Shown here: positions 31,638 through 41,594 of the stretch, one piece after another
Layout: each line of letters starts with the position of its first letter
Numbering within the stretch: position 1 is the stretch's first letter
From: Mantamonas sphyraenae STR306
Lineage: Eukaryota > Protista > CRuMs
Assembly (NCBI GenBank): GCA_026936335.1
Contig: JAPMXV010000035.1
Location: forward strand, 310,001-374,000
Direction of reading: 5' to 3'
DNA length: 64,000 nucleotides
The notes under the pieces: generated by a model
What the model saw: only the letters and a program-made list of their open reading frames with translations
Databases searched by the model: none
Told to the model about the DNA's origin: nothing
Position numbers and translations under genes: made by a program

Positions 31638-34217
31638 TCAGGTTGTTGTTGGATCAGCGGGGGAATCGACCGCTTCTCCCGCGTCTTGTGCGCTGTCGTC
31701 GTTGTCCTCAGTGTCGTCGTCGCTGTTGATGGCGGTGTCGAGCTCGTGGACTACCTCGGTGACCTTGCTGGCGACGTCTTTGCCAACAACTTCTTCGATT
31801 TCGGCTGTGACGGTGTCCGCGTCGACGGATTGCAGCTGCTGCTTGAATTTGGGCCAGTAGGACTGGACGAGGCCGTTCATGGTTTGAGTCAGGGATTCAA
31901 GGTGTTCCTGCAACTCCTCGGTGAGCTTCTCCTGCACGGCAATGCGAATGTTGTCCTGGAAAACGTTGAGTAGGAAGTTGTACAGCCAGCTTGCAGCGTT
32001 GCCGAGAACCACGACCTCGAGTTCGGTGATTGCGACCATGATGGTTTCGACTTCGACCTGCAGGAGACGCTCGGCACCCTCGCCTGCGTCGGCAGCAAAA
32101 ATGTGGAAGCTTAGCTCGGCGGTGCCACCCTGAACAATGGCGTTTGCGCGGCCGTCGTCCTCGAGGCCAGGGAAGCTCTGCTTGATGTAGTGCCAGTGGA
32201 AATCGTTGAGGACAGCATGGATTTCTGTGACGCTGATGGTGATGCGGCGACCAAAGTCGACGTTTACGCCCGAGGTCGGAATCTGCAGGCCGGAAAACAC
32301 GAGTTCGTCGAGGCGATATTCAAACGAGCCGACGACGGTTTCCTCGACCTCCTCGATGGCCGGGATGTCGACTTTCATCATCTCGTCGCGCACATAGGAG
32401 ACAATGACGTCCTTGATCTCTTCAATAAACACACGGTTCTGCTCGAGGAAGAGCTGGAACTCTTCCTGGTTGCGGAGGTCGGTGGCAAGGTCCTTGCCTT
32501 CGCCGAGGACCTCTTGCATGTCCTGGCCAATGAGCCGCGTGAAAACGCCCTTGCCACGCTCGACAAGCATGCGGGACTCGTCTGACTCGCGGACCTGGTG
32601 ATAGAGGGAGCGACCAAGTTTGCTGACGTCGTCAAAGTCGGTGGAGAGAGATTCGCGGAGCTCGGGATCGTCTTCGCCGGACATGAGGCGGTCCTGGTCG
32701 ACGCCTTTGAGGCGGCGGAGCACACGCTTGCCGCGCTCGCGCAGCTGGTGGTATTCGTCGCGCTGCTTGATCTGGTCGAGGACGACCTCGCCGCTTTCGA
32801 GGACCTGCTTGATTTCCTCATCCTTTTCGAGGATCTGCTTGCCCGTGGAGACGAGGCTGCGTGCATGTTCGTTCTCGATGACATTGGTGACGACAAGTTC
32901 GCGTGCGCGTGCGGCAGCGTCCTGGTTCTGGGCCCAAGCTGTCTTGACCAGCTCCTCGGCATGGTCTGCAGCCTGCTTGAGGGAGTCCTTGTCGACGGCC
33001 TTGCGCTGAACGACGGCTTTGATGACGTCTGTGCCTGTCTCCTTGAGATGTGTGTAGTGCTCGGAGGCCTGGGCCTCCTGGATGGCCAGTTTTGTGGAGT
33101 CGAGGAGGGCCTTGCCGTCACTGGCGTAGGCCTGGCGCAGGTCCTCGAGGAGCTGCTCGCTTGGTTCTTCGAGCTGCTTGAGGAGTTCGTTGCGCTTGGC
33201 GACGTCTTTGGTGCGGTCGAGAAGGGCACGGACACGTTCGTTGTCCTTGACTTCGTTGAAGAGGCTGCTCCCTCGGTCGACGATGAACTGCCCCTCGTTG
33301 CGGAGGAGGACAAGCTTGAAGGAGTTGACGCGTGCCTCGTCATCGAGGTCATCTGCGTCAATGGAGGAGTCTGCGTCTGTGCTGGGGCTGCCAAAGAGCT
33401 GGCGGTGAAGATCGTTGTTTGCTCGCTGCTCGTGGAGGCGCTTGAATTTGATGAAGCAGGCGTTGCAGACGGTGATGTCGTCGTTGTCAGGATGCTTGTG
33501 GAAGCGAACAGTGGTTGTTTCACCGCAAGCGGCGCACATTTTGCCGCTGTCAATGAGTTCCTTCTGCTGACGGAGAATGGCTTGCTGGAGGTCCTTGAAA
33601 CAGTCTTCGCAGAAGAGCTGGTGGTTACGGGCATGTTTCTTCCAGGAGCGTGATGATGTGGTGTGGCACTGGGAGCAGGTCGGGGTCGGGTGGGCAGATG
33701 AGGAGGCAGACGGGGCGTCGGAAGGGAGGTCTGTGGAGGCGGACGTGGCTGACTCGGCCTTGGGCTTTGTGTTGCCGTTGCGCTTCATGGTGTGGAAGCA
33801 GTTGCTGCAAAGATAGGTGTTTGTTTTCGGGTTGCGCTGTCGGGGCGAGGCAGGGGAGAGACGGAACGGGAGGTGGGCGCGTGGAGGAAGGCGGGCGGGA
33901 GGGTGAGTGGACAGGAGGGCATCAGACAAGGCCGTGGAGGCGAGGACGGCAGCGTACCTTCCAATTAGTCGAGGTTGTGGTCTGGCATTTGATGCAAACA
34001 GGACCGGAGGAGGAGGAGGAGGAGGAAGAGGAGGAGGAGGAGGTGGTGGTGGAGTCGGAGGCTGTGGTGGAGAGGCAGCAGCTTTGCGCTGCTTAAGACG
34101 AGCCTGTGTGGCTGCAAAACAGTCGCCACAGAGGAACTGGCCCGTCTTTGGATTCTTTTTCCACTTTGTGCTGGTGGTTGTCTGGCACTGCTTGCAGACG
34201 GGGCCTGTGCCGGACAT
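31638..34217 (-). CDS. Four GATA-like zinc fingers + helical region + BPI/LBP (TULIP)-like C-terminal domain, one frameshift
   Basis: Four CxxC-x18/19-CxxC units. Finger 2 (CIKC..WK|RNPK..CSNC) needs +1 nt at ~34072 and intron 33957-33837. C-terminal DIPAIE..FEY.L..L..FHW.Y.K.SFP.L.D.G.A..ASWLYN. Confidence 0.7.
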   Translation of the reverse strand: MSGTGPVCKQCQTTTSTKWKKNPKTGQFLCGDCFAATQARLKQRKAAASPPQPPTPPPPPPPPLPPPPPPPVLFASNARPQPRLIGRYAAVLASTALSDALLSTHPPARLPPRAHLPFRLSPASPRQRNPKTNTYLCSNCFHTMKRNGNTKPKAESATSASTDLPSDAPSASSSAHPTPTCSQCHTTSSRSWKKHARNHQLFCEDCFKDLQQAILRQQKELIDSGKMCAACGETTTVRFHKHPDNDDITVCNACFIKFKRLHEQRANNDLHRQLFGSPSTDADSSIDADDLDDEARVNSFKLVLLRNEGQFIVDRGSSLFNEVKDNERVRALLDRTKDVAKRNELLKQLEEPSEQLLEDLRQAYASDGKALLDSTKLAIQEAQASEHYTHLKETGTDVIKAVVQRKAVDKDSLKQAADHAEELVKTAWAQNQDAAARARELVVTNVIENEHARSLVSTGKQILEKDEEIKQVLESGEVVLDQIKQRDEYHQLRERGKRVLRRLKGVDQDRLMSGEDDPELRESLSTDFDDVSKLGRSLYHQVRESDESRMLVERGKGVFTRLIGQDMQEVLGEGKDLATDLRNQEEFQLFLEQNRVFIEEIKDVIVSYVRDEMMKVDIPAIEEVEETVVGSFEYRLDELVFSGLQIPTSGVNVDFGRRITISVTEIHAVLNDFHWHYIKQSFPGLEDDGRANAIVQGGTAELSFHIFAADAGEGAERLLQVEVETIMVAITELEVVVLGNAASWLYNFLLNVFQDNIRIAVQEKLTEELQEHLESLTQTMNGLVQSYWPKFKQQLQSVDADTVTAEIEEVVGKDVASKVTEVVHELDTAINSDDDTEDNDDSAQDAGEAVDSPADPTTT

Positions 34218-34265
34218 GGGATGGCAGCGGAAAAGGTTTGCGCAAACGGCGGCAGACCAAAGACA

Positions 34266-36486
34266 ATGACGCAAGCGTACAATCGTGTGAACCGACTGTT
34301 GGCACACTTGAGCCCAGAATGGGAGGTTGTGGAGGTGGAGACGGTGGAGGTGGGTGGAAAGGGCAGTTCGGAAGGGGTTGGGATGCGGCGGGAACAGATG
34401 CTGGCACTGCGCAAGTGGCTGGACGGACCGTACCACGAGCTGAAGGACAAGGTGAGAGAGCATGTGCGCAACACAGAAATCTTCCACTCGAAGCTGGACG
34501 AGACAATGACGCTGGCGGAGGAACGCAAGCTTGCGTTGGAGCGCATGCGTGCGTACTACGCCCCGCAGTGGATCTCACCTTCGGAGATGGCACGCAACGT
34601 GGAGATTGTACTTGCGGTGGGCGAACCGGCCAATTGGGTGGACATGTCGCTGGCGACCAAAGCTGGGGCGCACGCGTTTTTGTTCGGAGGAGCACTCGCA
34701 CTGCTGGGCAGCGAAGAGCAGCAGGAACGCATGCTGCCTGCAGCTGCGCGGCTGGAAACGATTGGTTGTTTTGCGATGACGGAGCGAGGTAGGTTGGATA
34801 GGCGAGAGGGGGCGTGGAAATAGGAGTGGGGCGAGTGTGACGTGGATGGTTCGCGAGTTTTTGCTTGGGCCGTGAGTTTTTCTTGTTGTCAGCAAGGGGC
34901 CCGCTGACATGGGAGCGGGCTGGACGTGGCGCACAGGACACGGGAGCAACGTGAGGTCTTTGGAGACGGTTGCCGAGTACGACCAGGAGAGCGGAGAGTT
35001 TGTGATCAACACACCGTCGGACAGTGCGGAGAAGTGGTACATTGGGAATGCACTGAGCGCACAGATGGCGGCCGTGTTTGCACAGCTGATTGTGAACGGG
35101 GAGAATCATGGGCCGCACGTATTTGCAGTGCCCATCCGTGATGAGGAAGGCCGTGTGGTGGACGGGGTCACAGTGACGGACAACGGGACGAAGGGCGGGA
35201 TCAACGGCGTTGACAACGGGCGCCTGCGGTTCAAGGACGTGCGTGTGCCTCGCCTGAACATGCTCAGTCGGTTTGGGTATGTGGACGAGCGCGGACGTTA
35301 CAGCAGTCCTGTGTCCAACGTGAACAAGCGATTCTTTGACATGCTGTGTAAGTGGTGGACGCGGGTTGGAAGTGAGTGGAGGGAGGGTGGGGCAAGGAGG
35401 AGGGAAATGGGACTGACACGGTTTGGTGCTGTGCATGGATCAGCTGCATTGACGCCCACCCGTTGTGCGGTGGTGCTGAGCGCCATTGCGGCGCTCAAGG
35501 TTGGCCACAACGTGGCGATCCGATACGCGCACAAGCGGCGACAATTTGCGGCAAAGAAGAACGCAGCAGAAACGAGGCTGATTGACTACTCAAGCCATCG
35601 ACTGCTGTTGCTGCCGGACCTGGCGACAAACTTTGCTCTTGTGGCCGCGCTGCGTGCGGTGATCAAGCAGTGGCACGGAAGGTCGTTGCGCACGGAGCGG
35701 CAGGTGGTTGCGCACGTGAGTGGACTGAAAGCGTACGCGACTTGGCTGGCTGTGGACTCGCTGCAGAGGTGCCGTGAGTGCTGCGGTGGCGCAGGGTTCT
35801 TGGCGGTGAACCAGCTGGTGGTGCGACGTGCGGCGGCAGACGTGGGTACGACATGGGAGGGTAGCAACGGGATTCTGGTGCAGGTGGTGGCCAAGTATGC
35901 GCTGGATCGGTTCATGCGGCCGATTCTGAAGGGCAACCTGGGCGCGGTGGGAAGCGTGCTGGCAACGGCGATCCGGCGTTCGATCAACTACAACCTGAGT
36001 GTGTGGGATTACTATCCGTCGGACGAGGAGATCATGTCGAGCAAGTTTGTGCTGAACGCATGGGAGTTTGCGGAGCAGTGCATGGTGGCCGACGTGGCTG
36101 TGCGCTTGCGGTCGCTGATGGGTTCGATGGGCAGGGCCAAGGCGTGGAACCAGTGTCTGCCCGAGCTGAACGAGGTGGCGATGGTGCACATGGAGAGTGT
36201 GATTGCACAGCACTTTGTGGCATCGATCAAGAGCCTGCCGAAGGGCCACCTGCGGACGACTCTGCGGCTGCTGTTTCGCCTGCACAGCATGCACCGACTG
36301 CACCAGCGCCGCGCGTGGTTTGTGGAGCAGCGCTACTTCAACCCGCACACGAGTCGTCGCCTGCTGCACATCACGCAGAACCTGGCGGACAAGGTGCAAC
36401 CGATCTCGCTGGACCTTGTGGAGAGCTTTGGCGTTCCGGACGAGGTGCTGGGAGCGCCGATTGCGTGCGACGACAGTGTGTTCTGA
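34266..36486 (+). CDS. Peroxisomal acyl-CoA oxidase
   Basis: GCFAMTE.GHGSNVR.LET.A.YD, KWYIGN, G.NGVDNG, RRQF, QRCRECCGGAG, TWEGSN. PTS2-like RVNRLLAHL. Introns 34789-34936 and 35348-35443. Confidence 0.93.
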
Positions 36487-36566
36487 GTGTGGTGAGAGGG
36501 AGGAGACGCATAGAGAATGGAGGCAGATGGTGCGGTGGGTTGGGCAGGTCAAGTTGTGAACGAACG

Positions 36567-39116
36567 ATGTTTGCGAGGACCGTGCGAGCGATGGCCCCGT
36601 TGCCGAGTGCGTATGTGCCGTCAGCAGTGGAACCTGCATGGCAAAAGGCGTGGAAGGAGGGAAGTCAGGCGTTCAAGGCGGATGCGGACGGGGCGAGGGA
36701 GAAGAAGTACATCTTGTCTCAGTTCCCGTACCCGTCGGGGGACCTGCACATGGGCCACGTGCGAGTGTACACGATGAGTGACGCGCTGGCTCGGTATCAC
36801 CGGATGCAGGGGAAGCATGTGTTGCATCCAATCGGATGGGATGCATTCGGGCTGCCGGCCGAAAACGCGGCGCGTGCGCGGAACCTTGATCCGGCGGCGT
36901 GGACAGAGAAGAACGTGGCGCAGATGCAACACCAGTTGGACAGGATCGGAATCCAGTTTGACTGGTCGCAGACGCTGAGCACAGCGGACCCAGGGTACTA
37001 CAAGTGGACGCAGTGGTTGTTTCTTCAACTTTTCCGACGCGGGTTGGCGTACCGAAAGGAGTCGTGGATCCACTGGGACCCTGTGGACCGGACTGTGCTT
37101 GCAAACGAACAAGTGGATGCAAACGGGCGGTCGTGGCGCAGTGGGGCCAAGGTGGAGCGACGAGAGCTGGAGCAGTGGTTCCTGAACATCACGTCGTACG
37201 CGCCGGCTCTGCTGGAGGACCTGGAGCAGCTTGTGGACACGTGGCCAAATGCTGTGCGCACGATGCAGGAAAATTGGATCGGGCAGTCGAGTGGGACGAC
37301 GGTGCACTTTGCGCTGGAAGGAGACGGGGCGCGGGCGGGTACGACGCTGGACGTGTTTACGACTGCGGTGCACACTCTGCACGCGACGACGTTTGTGGCA
37401 GTGGCACCGGAACATCCGCTGGCTGGAAATGCGCCTGTGGACACGGAGCTTCCGTTTCGGGCGAAGCATCCGACGCTGGGCACGTCTCTGCCGGTGTTTG
37501 TGTCGGAGTACGTGCTGCAAGAGTACGGAACCGGAGCGGTGATGGGAGTGCCTGCACACGACGAGAGGGACGCACGGTTTGCAGAGGCGCATGGGTTGGA
37601 TGTGAGGGCAGCTGTGGACGAAGAAGAGCAGGTGCTGGTGGACTCGGGCAAGTACAGCGGGTTGTCTGTGAGCGAGGGCCACGCAGCGATCCAGGCGGAT
37701 GGAGTGAAGGCCGGTTGGGCGACAGCGAGCACCCAGTACAAATTGAGGGACTGGTTGATCTCTCGGCAGAGGTACTGGGGCGCGCCGATCCCGATTGTGC
37801 ACTGCGGGTCGTGCGGGCCTGTGGCGGTGCCGGAAGAGGAGTTGCCTGTGGAGCTGCCGCCGATCGAAGCGCTGCCGCAAGGAGATGGAAGTGAGACGGA
37901 GCCGAGTCAAGCGTCGCCGCTGAACCATGTGAAGGAGTGGGTGGAGGTAGAGTGCCCGGAGTGCGGGGCGGATGCACGGCGGGACACGGACACGATGGAC
38001 ACGTTTGTGGACTCGTCATGGTACTTTGCGCGGTACCCAGACGCACACGACGACACACAGATCTTCTCTGCAGAGCATGCGAATCATTGGCTGCCTGTGG
38101 ACGTGTACGTGGGCGGGATCGAACACGCGATCTTGCATCTGCTGTACTCGCGGTTCATCACAAAGTTCCTGGCAGACGAGACGACGGGCTTGACGGTGAC
38201 CGAGCCGTTTGGGCGGCTGTTGACGCAGGGAATGGTGCAGGGGCGGACCTACAAGAACGCAGACACGGGCCAATACTACCGGGCGGAGGAGGTGGAGGAC
38301 GAAGGGGGTCGAGTGCGTGTGGTTGGAGACGCAGATGCGCGTGTGGATGTGGTGATGGAAAAGATGAGCAAGAGCAAATTCAACGGGGTGGATCCTGTGG
38401 CGATGATTGACGCGCACGGGGCAGACACGACACGGCTGTTTGTGCTGTTCAAGGCACCGCCGCATCAAGAGCTGCAATGGGACGACAGTGCGATCTCTGG
38501 GCAGCGGCGATGGCTGGATAGGCTGTGGAAGCTGGCAGCTCGGGAGGAAGAGGGCCTGAGAGAAGCACGTATGAGCCTGGACGAGCTGGTGGCGACACGT
38601 GCGGCAAAGTGGACGAACGAGGAGAAAGAGTTGGCGGTTCTTGTGCACGAGACAATCGAGAGTGTGCAAGAGACGATGGAACAGAGCCTGAGGTTCAACA
38701 CGGCGATTGCGGCGCTGATGAAACTGAGCAACGGATTGGCTGAGAGACGGGAGGCAGACCCCGCGCTTCGAGCAGCAGGTACACGTGCGTTGCTGCAGAT
38801 GTTGGCACCATTTGCACCCCACTTTGCAGCAGAAGTGTGGCAGCACACCCATGGTGGCGAGGATGTGTTCAGCACGGGCTTCCCCACGGGGGTGAGGGAC
38901 TTGGGGCCGCTCACGGCTGGGCGCCTGTGCGAAGTTGTTGTGCAGCTGCGTGGGAAGAAGCGAGGGGTGGTGCACGTGGAGGAGGAGGTGCTGAAGGATG
39001 AGGCGGCATTGCAGGAGGTTGTGCTTTCTCAAGAGTTTGTGCAGGCCGGGTTGGATGGGAAGGAGGTGAAGCGGGTGATTGTGGTCAAGGGGGGAAAGCT
39101 GGTGAATGTACTGTGA
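36567..39116 (+). CDS. LARS2: Mitochondrial (bacterial-type) leucyl-tRNA synthetase
   Basis: FPYPSG.LHMGH, GWDAFGLPAEN, RDWLISRQRYWG, DTMDTFVDSSWY, KMSKS; short R-rich N-terminus. Confidence 0.95.
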   Translation: MFARTVRAMAPLPSAYVPSAVEPAWQKAWKEGSQAFKADADGAREKKYILSQFPYPSGDLHMGHVRVYTMSDALARYHRMQGKHVLHPIGWDAFGLPAENAARARNLDPAAWTEKNVAQMQHQLDRIGIQFDWSQTLSTADPGYYKWTQWLFLQLFRRGLAYRKESWIHWDPVDRTVLANEQVDANGRSWRSGAKVERRELEQWFLNITSYAPALLEDLEQLVDTWPNAVRTMQENWIGQSSGTTVHFALEGDGARAGTTLDVFTTAVHTLHATTFVAVAPEHPLAGNAPVDTELPFRAKHPTLGTSLPVFVSEYVLQEYGTGAVMGVPAHDERDARFAEAHGLDVRAAVDEEEQVLVDSGKYSGLSVSEGHAAIQADGVKAGWATASTQYKLRDWLISRQRYWGAPIPIVHCGSCGPVAVPEEELPVELPPIEALPQGDGSETEPSQASPLNHVKEWVEVECPECGADARRDTDTMDTFVDSSWYFARYPDAHDDTQIFSAEHANHWLPVDVYVGGIEHAILHLLYSRFITKFLADETTGLTVTEPFGRLLTQGMVQGRTYKNADTGQYYRAEEVEDEGGRVRVVGDADARVDVVMEKMSKSKFNGVDPVAMIDAHGADTTRLFVLFKAPPHQELQWDDSAISGQRRWLDRLWKLAAREEEGLREARMSLDELVATRAAKWTNEEKELAVLVHETIESVQETMEQSLRFNTAIAALMKLSNGLAERREADPALRAAGTRALLQMLAPFAPHFAAEVWQHTHGGEDVFSTGFPTGVRDLGPLTAGRLCEVVVQLRGKKRGVVHVEEEVLKDEAALQEVVLSQEFVQAGLDGKEVKRVIVVKGGKLVNVL

Positions 39117-39122
39117 TGTGAT

Positions 39123-40337
39123 TTAGGTGGACGATGAATGAGCGGATGGGCTTGCGGGAGAGACGCGTTGGCGTTTTGAGTCGGGCAGGGACGGGGACGG
39201 GGACGGGGACGGGGATTTCCTTTTTGTGGTGGGGGAGGAGGAGGCGGTGCGTTTGGGAACGGGTTTGAGGGAGATGCGGCGCTTGCGTTCCCATTCGATG
39301 GTGCGGCGGAAGTAGGCAGACTCTTCGGCCTTGTTCATGATGGAGATTGTGTATGGAAAGCGGTCGGACTCGGCGACGAGATAGAGGGCGGCTTCGGGAC
39401 GGTGCACGCGGAGAATGGCCCAGTCCGTGCCTGGGCGGCGTTCAACCCACGTGAGAGGGAGAATGGGGGCGAGTTGTGATTGGATGGTGGCGCGGGTGTC
39501 CTCTTGAGGGACATTGTCGAGTCGAAGGACACAGCCAGTGCGGAGGTGTACGAGGCGGGCAACGCGAATACCCTGGGTTTGGAGGAGATAGTCATGGCGG
39601 TTGTTGATGGCATAGATCTGTTTGCGAAGTTGGGCGAGTTGTTGGCCAAAGGCGGCCCAGTCAGGCTTGCTGATGGCACGGAGCGGGCGTCCGTGGGTGG
39701 CACGTACGATGAGGCGAAGGAGGCGGACATTGACGCCCTTGACAGACATACTCTTGAGCAAGCGATGCTCTTCGGCGTTGGGGTCCTTGGTGGCCCATGG
39801 GAGGGCATCAGAGTTGTCGTGGAGGGCGGCGACGGCGGTTGCGACGGCGTCGGGGCTGTCGAGCTCGACAAAGGCAAAGCCTTGGCTTCGGGTGGTGGAG
39901 CCATCGAGGTGTGGGAGGCTGACATAGGCGACGGAGCCATACGGGGCACAGAGGGCGGCGACGGCATCTGTGTTTGCGTCGAGGGGCAGGTTCTCGAGGT
40001 AGAGAGTGCGCGCGTCGATGACGGCGTCGTCAGCAGGCTGAAAGGGCTGTGTACGACGCACGCGACGTCCGTCGTCGCTGAGCTCGAGCTTGTTGCTGTG
40101 GCGCAGGGCTTTTGTGATGGACTTGAGTTTGGTGGTGATGCTGGCGAGTTTGTTGAAAGCTAGAAACTCTCGAATCTCGATCCAGCCATCTTCGGAGGCG
40201 TCGACGAGCTTACGGGTGAAGCCGTCGCGGTTGAGGTTGGCGTCGGAGAGGTAGAACTCGATTTGGGAGACGATTTTTTGCTGGAAGGGAGGGAGGGAGG
40301 AGGAGGAGGAGGAGGAGGAGGAGGAGGAGGAGGACAT
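39123..40337 (-). CDS. La-related protein, LARP7-like (La motif, RRM, C-terminal atypical RRM)
   Basis: QIEFYLSDANLNRDGF..FNKL, RTLYLENLP, GFAFVEL, GCVLRL...EESAYF. Confidence 0.75.
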   Translation of the reverse strand: MSSSSSSSSSSSSSLPPFQQKIVSQIEFYLSDANLNRDGFTRKLVDASEDGWIEIREFLAFNKLASITTKLKSITKALRHSNKLELSDDGRRVRRTQPFQPADDAVIDARTLYLENLPLDANTDAVAALCAPYGSVAYVSLPHLDGSTTRSQGFAFVELDSPDAVATAVAALHDNSDALPWATKDPNAEEHRLLKSMSVKGVNVRLLRLIVRATHGRPLRAISKPDWAAFGQQLAQLRKQIYAINNRHDYLLQTQGIRVARLVHLRTGCVLRLDNVPQEDTRATIQSQLAPILPLTWVERRPGTDWAILRVHRPEAALYLVAESDRFPYTISIMNKAEESAYFRRTIEWERKRRISLKPVPKRTASSSPTTKRKSPSPSPSPSLPDSKRQRVSPASPSAHSSST

Positions 40338-40404
40338 GGTGGGGTTGGTGCTGGTTGGGTGGGATGGGGCGGGGCGTGGGGCGCGGGTGTGGCCAAGAGA
40401 AGAA

Positions 40405-41475
40405 ATGATCACGTGGGAGTCTGCTTATCCAGTGACTATCTTTTTGGTGGTGATTGGCACGCTGCTGTATCTGCGTCTGGGATGGATCTGGGCCAAGCCG
40501 TCGCGTCCGGCAGAGGCATGGCCCAAGGCGGAAGGGAACCTGGCGGTGGTGGTGACGGGCAGCTCGACAGGCATTGGGCGTCACACAACGCTGGCATTGG
40601 CAAAACTGAACTACCAGGTGTTTGCTACGGTGCGGAAGGAGGCGGATGCAGAGTCGCTGCGGGCGGAAGGCGGAGAAAACGTGCACCCTGTGCTGATGGA
40701 TGTGGCGGACCTGGAGGCAGTGGCAAGGGGTGCAAAGGACGTGGGGGCAGAGTGTGAGAAGAACGGGTGGGCGCTGGTGAGCGTGGTGGCAAACGCAGGA
40801 ATTGCGGTGGGAGGGCCGCTGGAGGTGCTGGCGGCAGACAAGGTGGAGAGGCAGTTCCGTGTGAACGTGTTTGGTCTGCTGGCAACAGTGCGCGAGTTTA
40901 GTCCGCTGCTGCGTGCGGCAAAGGCAGTGACGGCATTCAAGCCTCGCGTGGTGTTGGTGTCGTCGGTGGCCGGGCGGCTGGCGTCGCCGCTGGTGGGCAT
41001 CTATGCAGCAAGCAAACATGCAGTGGAGGCGATTGGAGACGCTCTTCGCCACGAGTATGCACTGACGGACGGGCCGGGCGTGGTGGTTGTGGAGCCGGGG
41101 CGTGTGTTGACGGCGATCTGGGACACGTCGTTTGATGAAGGACGTCGCACGCTGGATGAGCTGGACGAGTATGGAAAGGGTCTGTACCAGGAGCTGGGCA
41201 ACGCAGTGTTGACGACAGTGGAGAAGGAGACGCTTGCGCCCGGTGGGTCGCTGCCTGTGGACAAGGCGATGCCGTACATGTTGGATGCAGTGCTTCTGCC
41301 GCAGCCTCCGCGTAGGATCATGATTGGTACGGATGCCAAGGTGAAGAACACGTTGCGTTTGTTGTTGGGCGACCGTTTGATGGACGGATTGGTGCAGAGC
41401 ACGTTGGCCAAGATGATTGCCAAGGCTGGCGAAGGCAAGGGGAATGAGAAGGGCAAGGGAAAGAAGAGGGAGTAG
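40405..41475 (+). CDS. Membrane-anchored short-chain dehydrogenase/reductase (retinol/17beta-HSD-like)
   Basis: N-terminal TM helix, TGSSTGIG, ANAG, YAASK, VEPG. Confidence 0.9.
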   Translation: MITWESAYPVTIFLVVIGTLLYLRLGWIWAKPSRPAEAWPKAEGNLAVVVTGSSTGIGRHTTLALAKLNYQVFATVRKEADAESLRAEGGENVHPVLMDVADLEAVARGAKDVGAECEKNGWALVSVVANAGIAVGGPLEVLAADKVERQFRVNVFGLLATVREFSPLLRAAKAVTAFKPRVVLVSSVAGRLASPLVGIYAASKHAVEAIGDALRHEYALTDGPGVVVVEPGRVLTAIWDTSFDEGRRTLDELDEYGKGLYQELGNAVLTTVEKETLAPGGSLPVDKAMPYMLDAVLLPQPPRRIMIGTDAKVKNTLRLLLGDRLMDGLVQSTLAKMIAKAGEGKGNEKGKGKKRE

Positions 41476-41594
41476 GGGAGGAGTGAGGAAGGAGTGGGGA
41501 AGGAGTGGGGAAGGAGTGGGAAGGGTGGAGGGAGAAACACAAAATAAGAAGAGGATGGATTGCTGGATTGCGGTTGAGTCGTGCGTTTTCATTG

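Noticed and set aside
36003-36566. N-terminal extension of LeuRS
   Set aside because: It overlaps the acyl-CoA oxidase CDS out of frame; the plausible start is 36567.
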